Shown: positions 1 to 11,737, counted from the stretch's first letter. The stretch: 63,492 bases of DNA from Chloroflexota bacterium (GCA_022562155.1 JADFPV010000004.1:1-63492), one strand, 5' to 3'. The notes: generated from the sequence alone by a model not told the origin. Numbers and translations are program-made.

Positions 1-576
1 GCGGGCTTTGCGTTGGGTTCCGTGATGCGCGGCATGCGCAAGATCGGACCGCTCATGCCTATCCTCGAGATCGTGGGCGGCGTGCTCGTAATCTTCATCG
101 GTGCGCTGATCTTCCTCGACGAATTCACCATCTTCAATCAGTACTTCACCGGCGGGGTGAGCACCGTAACATCCGCGGAAGGAGGTCTCCCGGGTGTCAG
201 CCTGACGGGGCCTTTTGGCTTCGGCATCGCCTTCGCGGCGGGCATCATCGCCTTTCTGTCACCATGCGTACTTCCCATGGTGCCCGCCTACGTCATGCAC
301 CTGGCGGGCGTCAGCACAGACACCGTCGGCGATCAGCGCTGGCAGACGTTCAGACATTCCATCGCGTTCGTGCTCGGGTTCTCGCTTATCTTCGTCGCGC
401 TCGGAGCATCGGTCGGCGCGGTGGGCTTCATCGTCCGCGACAACATCCTGCTGCTCCAGAAGATCGCCGGCGTGATGTTGATCATTCTCGGCCTGAACTT
501 GCTCGGTGTGCTGAAGATCCCCTGGCTCTACCGCACGTACCAGTTCGACTTCGGCAGCAACTCACCCGCCAAGTAA
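1..576 (+). CDS. CcdA/DsbD-family cytochrome c biogenesis membrane protein (5' partial; fused/rearranged)
   Basis: Frame open from base 1. FLSPCVLPMVPAY Cys motif and multi-TM pattern of a CcdA N-terminal half, preceded in frame by a CcdA-like C-terminal TM helix. Ends before the second conserved Cys motif. Confidence 0.6.
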   Translation, partial: AGFALGSVMRGMRKIGPLMPILEIVGGVLVIFIGALIFLDEFTIFNQYFTGGVSTVTSAEGGLPGVSLTGPFGFGIAFAAGIIAFLSPCVLPMVPAYVMHLAGVSTDTVGDQRWQTFRHSIAFVLGFSLIFVALGASVGAVGFIVRDNILLLQKIAGVMLIILGLNLLGVLKIPWLYRTYQFDFGSNSPAK

Positions 577-623
577 GAGCTAGCCTCTCCCAGATCAGCC
601 TCGTCTTCTATACTGACAGCGTT

Positions 624-1754
624 ATGAGCTCACGCTGGCGGAAACCATTGTTCTTCGCCTTAGTCGGTGTCGTGTTCCTCACCGCCGCGTGCAGGGGGGA
701 CGACCTGGAGCCGCGAGCAGCCAATACATCGACCTCCGCGCTGCCTCTAGCTCCCATCGCCGTCACAGGCCTATTCACGGAAGCACGCAGCACTGCGCCG
801 GACGAGTTTAGAACGCTCCCAGAACAGCCCTCTTCTCAGTTCGAGCCGTGGGACGGAACGTCCACCGTTCTATACGACCGCGTGACGGGAGAAGAGCTGA
901 ACCTTGGCCAAGGAAACTTCGGGCGGTTCAGTCGCGGTGGCGGATGGATGGGGTGGTCCGCTGGTCCGCCTAACGATTTTGAACAGAAGGAGGCCCGTGT
1001 CATCGAGTTATCAACTCTTGAGCAACGTTCGCTCGGGCCAGGGAGTTTCATCCGCTTTCTCAGCGAGACCGAAGTGTTGATACAGGTTGGCACCAGCGGA
1101 CAGGACGACTTCGCGGTCGTCGACCTCATTGCGAACGAGCGCACGTTCTTAGACAGGCAGCCAGCCCGGGGACAACCGGACCCGGACGACGGGCTCGCCT
1201 TCATCAAGACGACGCTCGATCAGGTCAACGGTGTGGAGAATTCCGACGGCGAAGTGTTGCTCGAGTTCGAGGTCTTCCGCGCCGTCGTCGCGGGTTCGGA
1301 AGACATCGCGGTGATGACGGTTCCAGCGAATGACAACATCAACATCTTCCTCATCAGTGTCGAGACCGGCAGAGCGACGTTCGTGGCGAGCTCGCCCATA
1401 ACGAGGATCGCAAACCACCCGTTCGCAGCGAACGAGGACTTCATCACTTGGACGGACGATTACCGCAACTTCACCGCGCCTGGTCAAACGCGGGTGTACA
1501 ACCGCCGCGACGGCACGATCACTGAGCTTGATGACAGATTGTGGGTGTCCTTCACTTCGGACGGGCTCATCGCCAGCGGAACGTTCGGCGCGAAGGCCTT
1601 GATCGATCCAGAGACGTTCGAATACGTGTTCGTTCTGCCCGATCTAGTTCCGGGCTTCGAAGGTGAGTCATCGGCCTCCGACGTCTCGTGGTCGCCTGAT
1701 GACCTCTACGCGAGCCGAGGCTTCGCGGGAGGGCACGGCGGCCTCTGCGGCTAG
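624..1754 (+). CDS. hypothetical lipoprotein
   Basis: Internal ATG at 624 of ORF 264..1754 gives a signal peptide + lipobox (VFLTAAC). The upstream part of the ORF overlaps the CcdA gene in another frame. Confidence 0.6.
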   Translation: MSSRWRKPLFFALVGVVFLTAACRGDDLEPRAANTSTSALPLAPIAVTGLFTEARSTAPDEFRTLPEQPSSQFEPWDGTSTVLYDRVTGEELNLGQGNFGRFSRGGGWMGWSAGPPNDFEQKEARVIELSTLEQRSLGPGSFIRFLSETEVLIQVGTSGQDDFAVVDLIANERTFLDRQPARGQPDPDDGLAFIKTTLDQVNGVENSDGEVLLEFEVFRAVVAGSEDIAVMTVPANDNINIFLISVETGRATFVASSPITRIANHPFAANEDFITWTDDYRNFTAPGQTRVYNRRDGTITELDDRLWVSFTSDGLIASGTFGAKALIDPETFEYVFVLPDLVPGFEGESSASDVSWSPDDLYASRGFAGGHGGLCG

Positions 1755-1818
1755 CCGCGCTTGGCGCGGCACTACCTGGGTAGTGTAAATCGCAAGGCGG
1801 CGGCGTATGCTGATGTAG

Positions 1819-3390
1819 ATGGGTAAACGAGGCCGTCCACCGCATCCGGACATTCTCACACCGCGGGAGTGGGAGGTCCTCGCACTGCTTCGCCGGGGGT
1901 TGAGCAACCCGGAAATCGCGGAGCGGCTGGGTATTAGCCGCGACGGAGCCAAGTACCACGTCTCAGAGATCCTCGGGAAGCTTGGCTTGGAGAGCCGCGA
2001 ACAGGCGGCCCGCTGGCAGTCCGAGGAGGCCAGGCCATGGTGGGCAATAGCATTCGCGCCGTTCCTTCCAGCCTGGCGTCGGTTCTCATCGATATTCGGG
2101 AGCGTGGCCGGTTCCGCTGCTAAAGTCGTTTCGATAGCGGTGCTGGGCGCTGCGATTGGCGGGCTCGGTCTGTTGGCGCTCTTGCTGTTCATGCAGTCCG
2201 ATAATGGCGACAGTTCCATTACGGCCGGTGAGACGCCCGACGCCACCGCTAACCAGCTCTCCTACCTAGATGCAGACGGTACGCTCTGGCTCGTGAACGC
2301 TGACGGTAGCGAGCGACGGAAGCTGTTGGATGACGCGGAGTGCGGCCGGTTCTCTAACTTCGAGTGGTCGCCAGACGGTCAAACGCTCGTATGTTGGTCT
2401 GGAGGACAGGAGGGTCGAGTCGAAGTTCGAGACTCAAGTGGTGGGTTACTGGCGACCTTTGTCGTCTCCGATCTGCTGGGGGTGCACTGGTCGCCGAATA
2501 GCGAGGCGTTTGGTTATCTGTATCTCGATCGTGTCTCGTTGGAAGGAGTGAGTGAAGAGGCCTACTATTTCGTCGTCGTGGAAGGCTCCAACATCTCCGA
2601 CATGATTTCTTTCGACATCTCCTCACCGATGTTCGGCCAGGCATCATACGGCTTCCCGCTATGGTCTCCTGACGGTAACCGAATAGCTTTTCACGGACCT
2701 CTCGCGGGTAACTCAACGTTCATTACCGATTTAGTTGACGGTACAAGAAGGACATTCGACCCGAACGACTATCCGCTCGCTTGGGCGCTGGACGGCCGCG
2801 CGCTGGTGATGGCTGCGGACTACCAGCCACCGCCTGCGGGGCTGCACCTGCCGTCGTACGAAGCGAAGCTCCTCGACCTCTCTGGTAGGGAGCTGAGAAA
2901 GCTACCAGAACTCGACGACGGCACGCAGTTCTGGATCTCGCACGACGGGTCAAAGGCGGTATATCTCATCCCCAGCTTCGCTCCCGTTAGGGGAGGGACG
3001 GTGCCAGGCCTGGGAGTGCTCGACCTCCGCAGCGGCGAAGCGACGCCGATTGCCAACTCCCTCATCACATACGGTAGCGATAGCATTCCGAAGGAGTTCG
3101 TAACGTTCTCGGAGGACGGAATGTACGTGTACTGGGTGGGTGGAGACAACGCGGGCTATCGGGCGCGGCTCGATGGGACAGGGCTGGAGCGAGTGGTAGA
3201 ACTCGACGAAATAGGGTTCTCGTGGTCGCCAGACTTTGGTCTGATCGCGTACAACGACTACGACAACGATACCGTCGCGCTCATCGTGGCTCGCGCAGAC
3301 GGGACCAACCGTCTTGAGATCGACAGCGCCCGCCGGGATAATGGCGCGCTCCGAGGCTTTCAATTCGCCTGGCGGCCCAATCCGCGTTAG
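1819..3390 (+). CDS. membrane-anchored LuxR-family HTH regulator with C-terminal TolB-like beta-propeller domain
   Basis: N-terminal LTPREWEVLALLRRGLSNPEIAERLGISRDGAKYHV (LuxR/GerE HTH), hydrophobic TM segment, then repeated WSPDG/WSPN/WSPD propeller-type motifs. Confidence 0.75.
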   Translation: MGKRGRPPHPDILTPREWEVLALLRRGLSNPEIAERLGISRDGAKYHVSEILGKLGLESREQAARWQSEEARPWWAIAFAPFLPAWRRFSSIFGSVAGSAAKVVSIAVLGAAIGGLGLLALLLFMQSDNGDSSITAGETPDATANQLSYLDADGTLWLVNADGSERRKLLDDAECGRFSNFEWSPDGQTLVCWSGGQEGRVEVRDSSGGLLATFVVSDLLGVHWSPNSEAFGYLYLDRVSLEGVSEEAYYFVVVEGSNISDMISFDISSPMFGQASYGFPLWSPDGNRIAFHGPLAGNSTFITDLVDGTRRTFDPNDYPLAWALDGRALVMAADYQPPPAGLHLPSYEAKLLDLSGRELRKLPELDDGTQFWISHDGSKAVYLIPSFAPVRGGTVPGLGVLDLRSGEATPIANSLITYGSDSIPKEFVTFSEDGMYVYWVGGDNAGYRARLDGTGLERVVELDEIGFSWSPDFGLIAYNDYDNDTVALIVARADGTNRLEIDSARRDNGALRGFQFAWRPNPR

Positions 3391-3402
3391 CACTCTTGTT
3401 CC
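3389..3402. promoter_or_regulatory. candidate LexA/Cheo-type box upstream of uvrA (AGCACTCTTGTTCC)
   Basis: GAAC-N4-GTTC-like palindrome with one core mismatch (GCAC). Overlaps a TTGTTC -35-like hexamer 18 nt upstream of TACACT, ~105 nt upstream of the uvrA start. Confidence 0.35.
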
Positions 3403-3507
3403 AATTTCGCTTCCTGTAGTACACTGAGGCTCCAGCACTACTGACACGCCGGGGTCACTCACTCCGGCTACTATTGTGTCTGAATACCACCGGAGGTAGC
3501 CGAACTT

Positions 3508-6474
<2,967 letters not shown>

Positions 6475-6481
6475 CGCCCGC

Positions 6482-6982
6482 ATGCCTAATGACAACCACA
6501 CCAAGCAGGATCTCCTCGCCGAGATCCAGCGAGAGCGCACGAAGCTCGTAGCCCTGCTGGCGCCGCTAGATGAGGCAGGCATGCTGGTGGCTGTGCGCGA
6601 TGACGGCTGGACGGCCAAGGACATCCTGGCCCACCTCACAGCATGGGAGCAGCGGCTCCTCCGATGGCTCGAACGCTGGCGCACCACGGGCGATCCAGGG
6701 CGACCGGAAGTCGGCGTTTCGTGGGACGGCTTCGACGCGCTCAATGACAAGGACCATCTCGCGACAAAGGAGACGCCGCTCCCCGACGTTCGGCGAGCGA
6801 GCACTGACGCGTACGAAGCGGTGATTGGGGTGCTGGATAGTATGACCGACGATGACTTGGCTGTGCATCCTGAGACACCGGATGGACCGACCTGGTCTTG
6901 GATCTTCAGCGCGAACACGTGGGAGCACTATCAGGAGCATCGCGAAGAGATCGAAGCGTGGGGAAAAGAGAAGAGCGGATGA
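6482..6982 (+). CDS. DinB/ClbS-like four-helix-bundle protein (DUF1706-like)
   Basis: KQDLLAEI...W(T)AKDILAHLTAWEQ...NTWEHYQEH pattern typical of the ClbS/DfsB-DinB superfamily. 8 nt after the uvrA stop. Confidence 0.5.
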   Translation: MPNDNHTKQDLLAEIQRERTKLVALLAPLDEAGMLVAVRDDGWTAKDILAHLTAWEQRLLRWLERWRTTGDPGRPEVGVSWDGFDALNDKDHLATKETPLPDVRRASTDAYEAVIGVLDSMTDDDLAVHPETPDGPTWSWIFSANTWEHYQEHREEIEAWGKEKSG

Positions 6983-7572
6983 CGGAGACTAGCAGGATGG
7001 CTACCAGGCCCTTCGACCGCAATCTCCACCATCGACGTTCTATCCGGCTACCCAACTACGATTACTCGCAGGCTGGAGCGTACTTCGTCACTATTGTCTG
7101 CAAAGACCACGCACTATTGCTCGAAGACCCCGCCTTGCATGCCTTCGTCGAAGATGCATGGCTCTGGTTGGCAAGACAGTACGCTTATGTGCACATCGAC
7201 GAGTACGCGATCATGCCGAATCATCTCCATGGCATTCTGGTCATCCGCGACGCTCGTAGGGGCGGTTCGCGAACCGCCCTTACAGACGCAGCGAAGCGCA
7301 AGCCACTCGGTAGGCTCATCGGGGCCTTCAAGACGGTCTCGACCAAGCGAATTAATACGATGCGAGGAACGAGACAAGCGCAAATCTGGCAGCGCAACTA
7401 CTATGAGCGAGTTATCCGCGACGAGGATGAGCTAAATCGTGTGCGTAAGTACATTAAAGAGAACCCCTTGCGTTGGGAAGATGACCCTGAGAATCCCGAA
7501 CGCCAGCGCGCAAGCCATGCACAGTCCGAACGCACTGATGTACTCTTCGGGCAGGAGAACTGGACACAGTGA
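6979..7572 (+). CDS. REP-associated tyrosine transposase (IS200/IS605-like Y1 transposase, RAYT)
   Basis: RLPNYDYSQAGAYFVT, HUH-type MPNHLHGIL, and QRNYYERVIRDE...YIKENPLRW Tyr region. ATGA overlap with the upstream gene, GTGA overlap with the downstream gene. Confidence 0.8.
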   Translation: MTETSRMATRPFDRNLHHRRSIRLPNYDYSQAGAYFVTIVCKDHALLLEDPALHAFVEDAWLWLARQYAYVHIDEYAIMPNHLHGILVIRDARRGGSRTALTDAAKRKPLGRLIGAFKTVSTKRINTMRGTRQAQIWQRNYYERVIRDEDELNRVRKYIKENPLRWEDDPENPERQRASHAQSERTDVLFGQENWTQ

Positions 7573-8273
7573 ACCCCCAACCCAAAGCGATCTTCTTCGA
7601 CCTAGACGGCACCATCCTCGACTGGCAGACCGGGATGGAAGAGACCTGGCTGGCGTCGATCGAGAAGCACAACGACGGCTTGTATCAGCCGCCTGAGATG
7701 CAGCAGCGGATACGCAAACGCCGCGACTGGTTCTGGCAGGACCCTGATCGAGCAAAGACCGGACGTATGGACCTCACCGAGGCGAGCCGCGTCATCGTTC
7801 AACACGCCTTTGAGGACGCAGGAATCACGGCACCCGACGTCGCCGATAACATCGCCACCTGGTACCGGGCGGAACGCGCGAAGACGATCGCGCCGTATCC
7901 CGGTGCTATGGAGACGGTCAAGACGATCCAATCGCGTGGCATACGGCTCGCTCTGATCACGAACGGCGAGGCGGCCAACCAGCGGCGCAGCGTAGACAAG
8001 CTGAAGCTCGAAACCTACTTCGACTGCATCGTCATCGAAGGCGAGTTCGGCGTTGGAAAACCGGACGAGCGGGTATTCCGCCATGCCTTAGAAGCCACGG
8101 ACAGCACACCTGAAACCACCTGGATGGTCGGCGACAGCCTGGCCGCCGACATTGCGCCAGCCGTCGACCTGGGACTACATGCGGTCTGGGTCGATGAGGC
8201 CGGCGATGGCTTGCCATCAGATGCGCCCGTCGAGCCGCACCGGATCATTCGCGCGATTGCAGAGCTGATCTGA
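7569..8273 (+). CDS. HAD-family hydrolase
   Basis: FFDLDGTILD motif I, ITNG motif II region, MVGDSLAADI motif IV. Confidence 0.8.
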   Translation: MNPQPKAIFFDLDGTILDWQTGMEETWLASIEKHNDGLYQPPEMQQRIRKRRDWFWQDPDRAKTGRMDLTEASRVIVQHAFEDAGITAPDVADNIATWYRAERAKTIAPYPGAMETVKTIQSRGIRLALITNGEAANQRRSVDKLKLETYFDCIVIEGEFGVGKPDERVFRHALEATDSTPETTWMVGDSLAADIAPAVDLGLHAVWVDEAGDGLPSDAPVEPHRIIRAIAELI

Positions 8274-8346
8274 CTACTGACACGCCACTGTCACGGGCAC
8301 ATCGTAAACTGGGCAAGTCTCACTTCAGCCAAAGGAGGTTGGTCCG

Positions 8347-9297
8347 ATGAAGTTTGGCCTCGACTTACCGAACATGGGCGGCGCGGGTGATCCGCGCCTG
8401 CTCGCGGAGATCGCGCACGAAGCTGAGGAATCCGGCTGGGACGGCGTCTTTATCTTCGACTCGATCCTGAGCCCGGAATGGGAGAGCCAGTTTCCGGACG
8501 ACCCGGAGAAGCGCGCTACGGTCGACCCCTGGATCGCGCTGGCCGCGATGGCGATGCGCACGGAGCGCGTCACGCTGGGTACGATGGTCACGCCGCTTTC
8601 GCGTCGCAGGCCCTGGAAAGTGGCCCGTGAGACGGTCACGCTGGACCACCTCTCGAACGGAAGGCTCGTGCTACCGGTCGGGCTCGGCACCGTGGAAGAC
8701 GGCGGCTACATGAACGTCGGCGAGGAGCTGGACCGCAAGAAGCGCGCGGAGATGCTGGACGAGTCGCTGGCCATTATCGAAGGTCTCTGGAGCGGCGAGC
8801 CGTTCGCGTTCCAGGGGAAGCACTACGACGTGAAGGAGATGCGCTTTGAACCGAAGCCGGTGCAGTCGCCGCGCATCCCCATCTGGGTCGTCGGCGCGTG
8901 GCCGCGCATGAAATCGATGCGGAGAGCCGTACGATGGGACGGCATCCTGCCTATCGTGTTGCCGGCTGGGACCGAAGCGACGGCCGGGCCGGACGTGGCC
9001 GTAGCTGCAAAGCGCATCGCAGAGACCGGCGTCAGTCTGGATGTGACACCAGAGCAGATTGGTGAAATCCGCGACTACGCGCAGCGTGAACGTGACTCCG
9101 ACGCGCAGTTCGACATCGTGTTAGAGGCCAACTCATCGCCATCTCGTCCGGAGCAAGCAGCGGAAACGCTCGCGAAGTACGAAGAAAACGGCGCCACGTG
9201 GTACCTAGAAGCCATCTTTTCCTGGCTCTTCCTCCCGCCGCACGACCTCGACCGCATGCGAGATCGCATTCGGCAAGGGCCACCAAGGGCAAAGTAG
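8347..9297 (+). CDS. LLM-class (luciferase-like) flavin/F420-dependent oxidoreductase
   Basis: MKFGLDLPN... N-terminus and TIM-barrel LLM-like sequence. AGGAGG RBS. Confidence 0.75.
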   Translation: MKFGLDLPNMGGAGDPRLLAEIAHEAEESGWDGVFIFDSILSPEWESQFPDDPEKRATVDPWIALAAMAMRTERVTLGTMVTPLSRRRPWKVARETVTLDHLSNGRLVLPVGLGTVEDGGYMNVGEELDRKKRAEMLDESLAIIEGLWSGEPFAFQGKHYDVKEMRFEPKPVQSPRIPIWVVGAWPRMKSMRRAVRWDGILPIVLPAGTEATAGPDVAVAAKRIAETGVSLDVTPEQIGEIRDYAQRERDSDAQFDIVLEANSSPSRPEQAAETLAKYEENGATWYLEAIFSWLFLPPHDLDRMRDRIRQGPPRAK

Positions 9298-9366
9298 CGG
9301 TATTGCTACAGGGCGTTCCTACCGATAGTATTGACGGCAACCATAGCTGCAATCTAAAGGAACCGC

Positions 9367-9462
9367 ATGGGAAACGTTATCAAGAAGCGGCGCAAGAAGA
9401 TGAGCAAGCACAAGCACCGCAAGATGCTCAAGAAGACGCGCTGGCAACGACGGCACAAGTAA
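9367..9462 (+). CDS. bS22-type (AURKAIP1/COX24-like) small basic ribosomal protein, 31 aa
   Basis: MGNVIKKRRKKMSKHKHRKMLKKTRWQRRHK closely resembles the actinobacterial bS22 consensus (MGSVIKKRRKRM..KKHRKLLKKTR.QRR). AAGGA RBS, followed by a terminator. Too short for the ORF track. Confidence 0.7.
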   Translation: MGNVIKKRRKKMSKHKHRKMLKKTRWQRRHK

Positions 9463-9484
9463 GCGGCGCTCGATCGCGCCATCA

Positions 9485-9514
9485 GCAGCCGCCTGAGATC
9501 AGGCGGTTGCTTTT
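9485..9514 (+). terminator. rho-independent terminator after the bS22 micro-ORF
   Basis: GCAGCCGCCTGA / TCAGGCGGTTGC stem (one G-U) followed by TTTT. Confidence 0.7.
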
Positions 9515-9555
9515 CGTCCCGCGACGTACGGCGCGCAGTGCGCTACGATCGGCAC

Positions 9556-10023
9556 ATGACCAGCCTGCAACTCTCAAACGTCGATGCGCGTCTCATGTAC
9601 TTGGCGATCCAGTACCATCTGGCCAGGCCCGGCTCCGAGTTGGACCAGGAGTCCGGACAGCAGTCGGACCAAGGCCTCGCCGAGGTTGCCGCGACGCTTG
9701 AACCACAGCTACAGCAAGCCGTGGCAACGATCGAACTCAGCGCCGACCAGCAGCGGCGACTGGATTCTGCCATTGCCGGGTCGATCAACGAGCTAAAGGC
9801 CACGCCACTCCTGGAGGCGGGCGGCAGGGGCACGATGCCCGCCTTCGCCGAAACGCTGCGCCGGCTCTTTCCGGAAGTGGCCGAAGATCCCGAGGAAGCG
9901 CTGCCGCTGGCCGGGCACCTGCTTCAGCTTCGACGAAGGCTCAGCACTCAGGCCGCAGCCAAGACCGGCAAAGCTGACATCGTGCCGAAGCGGCCGTGGT
10001 GGCGGTTCTGGAGGCGCTCATAG
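9556..10023 (+). CDS. hypothetical protein
   Basis: ORF with coding-like composition. ATG at 9556 preferred over the upstream GTG. No recognisable motif. Confidence 0.4.
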   Translation: MTSLQLSNVDARLMYLAIQYHLARPGSELDQESGQQSDQGLAEVAATLEPQLQQAVATIELSADQQRRLDSAIAGSINELKATPLLEAGGRGTMPAFAETLRRLFPEVAEDPEEALPLAGHLLQLRRRLSTQAAAKTGKADIVPKRPWWRFWRRS

Positions 10024-10151
10024 TCGAGAATTTTGCGAGAATCAGTCATTTAGGAAGTCTTTACTTAGTAAATCGCTTCCTTTAGACTGAGCCGAGAAGT
10101 AGAATGCGTTCGCTGAAGAGGAACTGATTCGCATAGGAGGGCATCGTATCC

Positions 10152-10466
<315 letters not shown>

Positions 10467-10486
10467 CCGCACATCGAGACAAGACT

Positions 10487-10513
10487 AAGGAGGCCCCTGT
10501 TCGGGGCCTTCTT
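10487..10513. terminator. bidirectional hairpin terminator between ferredoxin and rmuC
   Basis: AAGGAGGCCCC-tgttc-GGGGCCTTCTT hairpin between convergent genes. Confidence 0.6.
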
Positions 10514-10530
10514 GCTGTCTGCCGTTTAGG

Positions 10531-11649
10531 CTACTGCGCGTCGTCACCGATGTGTAGGCGTAGCGGCTCGGGCACTGCGGACTCCTCGGCAACCGGCTCC
10601 AGCAGCGAACTCTGCACCGGCACTTCGATCTCCAGCCGGTCACTGAGCCGTCCGGACGCGTTATTTAGCTCGTCGTGCTTGCTCTTTGCGTGGCTGATAT
10701 GGTTGCCCAACACGCGAAACTCGTCGTTGAACTTAGCGAACTCGCGACGGAAGAGGGCCAGACGGGTCATGATCTCTTTCGCGTCTTCCTGCACCTTGAG
10801 GCCGTTGAAGCCGCGCAGCACGACCTGCAGGAACGCATGGAACGTGTTTGGCGACACGAGGTGGACGTTCTGATCGAGCGCATACGTCATCGCAGACTCG
10901 TCCTCGGAGCCAGCGATCGTCTCGTAATAGATGTTCTCGGCGGGCACATACATGAGGGCAAAGTCCAGCGTCCCGTCGTCAGGGCGGATGTACTTTGCGA
11001 CCTCATCGATTCTCAATTTCACATCCCGCACGAATGCCTTCCGCGCGCGAGTTCGTTCCTCATCAGTTTCCGTCTGCAACAGCCGGCGAAAGCTCTCTAT
11101 TGGGAATTTCGAGTCGACCGGCACGAGCCCGTCTGGAGATTCGATGACGAGGTCGACGATCGTGCCATCGTTAAATCGATGTTGGGTGGAGTACTGGCCC
11201 GCCGCGAGCACCTGCTTAACCAATTGTTCTAACAGCAGCTCGCCGAACCCGCCACGTAGCTTCGGAGGCTGCAAGATATCCTTCAGTGACGAGACGTCTT
11301 GCCCGACTTCCAATATGCGCTTCGCCGACTCGTTCAACCCGCCTAGCTGCTGGCCTATCTTACCGATTGTGTCGGTGGTTGCGGCCAGTGATTGACCCAC
11401 GCTGGTCTGCACAGCGTCCAAACGCTGGTTCATTTTCTGGTCCAACGCGTTGACCTGGCCCAGCACGGTCTGCTGGGAAGCGCTCACCGCCTGCGTTAGG
11501 TCGGTCTTGAGGCCGGCAAGCGCTTGGGCAAGGTGCGCCGCCTCGTCTTTGTCAGGCTCTCTCTGAGTCAGGAACTGCCAGCCGACGATAGCTGCGATTG
11601 CTACCGAGACGATTAGGGCGAGAAGAAGAACGACAATCAGGGCTTCCAT
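10531..11649 (-). CDS. rmuC: DNA recombination protein RmuC
   Basis: N-terminal TM, long coiled coil, C-terminal RmuC nuclease-like domain (LRGGFGELLLEQL..., VPAENIYYE). Confidence 0.85.
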   Translation of the reverse strand: MEALIVVLLLALIVSVAIAAIVGWQFLTQREPDKDEAAHLAQALAGLKTDLTQAVSASQQTVLGQVNALDQKMNQRLDAVQTSVGQSLAATTDTIGKIGQQLGGLNESAKRILEVGQDVSSLKDILQPPKLRGGFGELLLEQLVKQVLAAGQYSTQHRFNDGTIVDLVIESPDGLVPVDSKFPIESFRRLLQTETDEERTRARKAFVRDVKLRIDEVAKYIRPDDGTLDFALMYVPAENIYYETIAGSEDESAMTYALDQNVHLVSPNTFHAFLQVVLRGFNGLKVQEDAKEIMTRLALFRREFAKFNDEFRVLGNHISHAKSKHDELNNASGRLSDRLEIEVPVQSSLLEPVAEESAVPEPLRLHIGDDAQ

Positions 11650-11689
11650 GGGCGGGGACCCCCTCTCTGGACGTGCCGCCTGCGGCGCA

Positions 11690-11703
11690 CGAACGTATGT
11701 TCC
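11690..11703. promoter_or_regulatory. consensus Cheo/LexA box CGAACGTATGTTCC upstream of rmuC
   Basis: Perfect match to CGAACRNRYGTTYC. Lies just downstream of a TTGCAT-17-TACCAT promoter on the minus strand. Confidence 0.6.
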
Positions 11704-11708
11704 CAGCT

Positions 11709-11737
11709 ATGGTACGCGAATCTTAGCGATTATGCAA
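11709..11737 (-). promoter_or_regulatory. putative rmuC promoter (TTGCAT-17 nt-TACCAT)
   Basis: Hexamers read on the minus strand at 11737-11732 and 11714-11709. Confidence 0.4.

Noticed and set aside
264-623. N-terminal 120 codons of ORF 264..1754 overlapping the CcdA gene
   Set aside because: It overlaps a well-supported CDS in another frame and has Arg/Pro-rich junk composition. The internal ATG at 624 gives a proper lipoprotein signal peptide.
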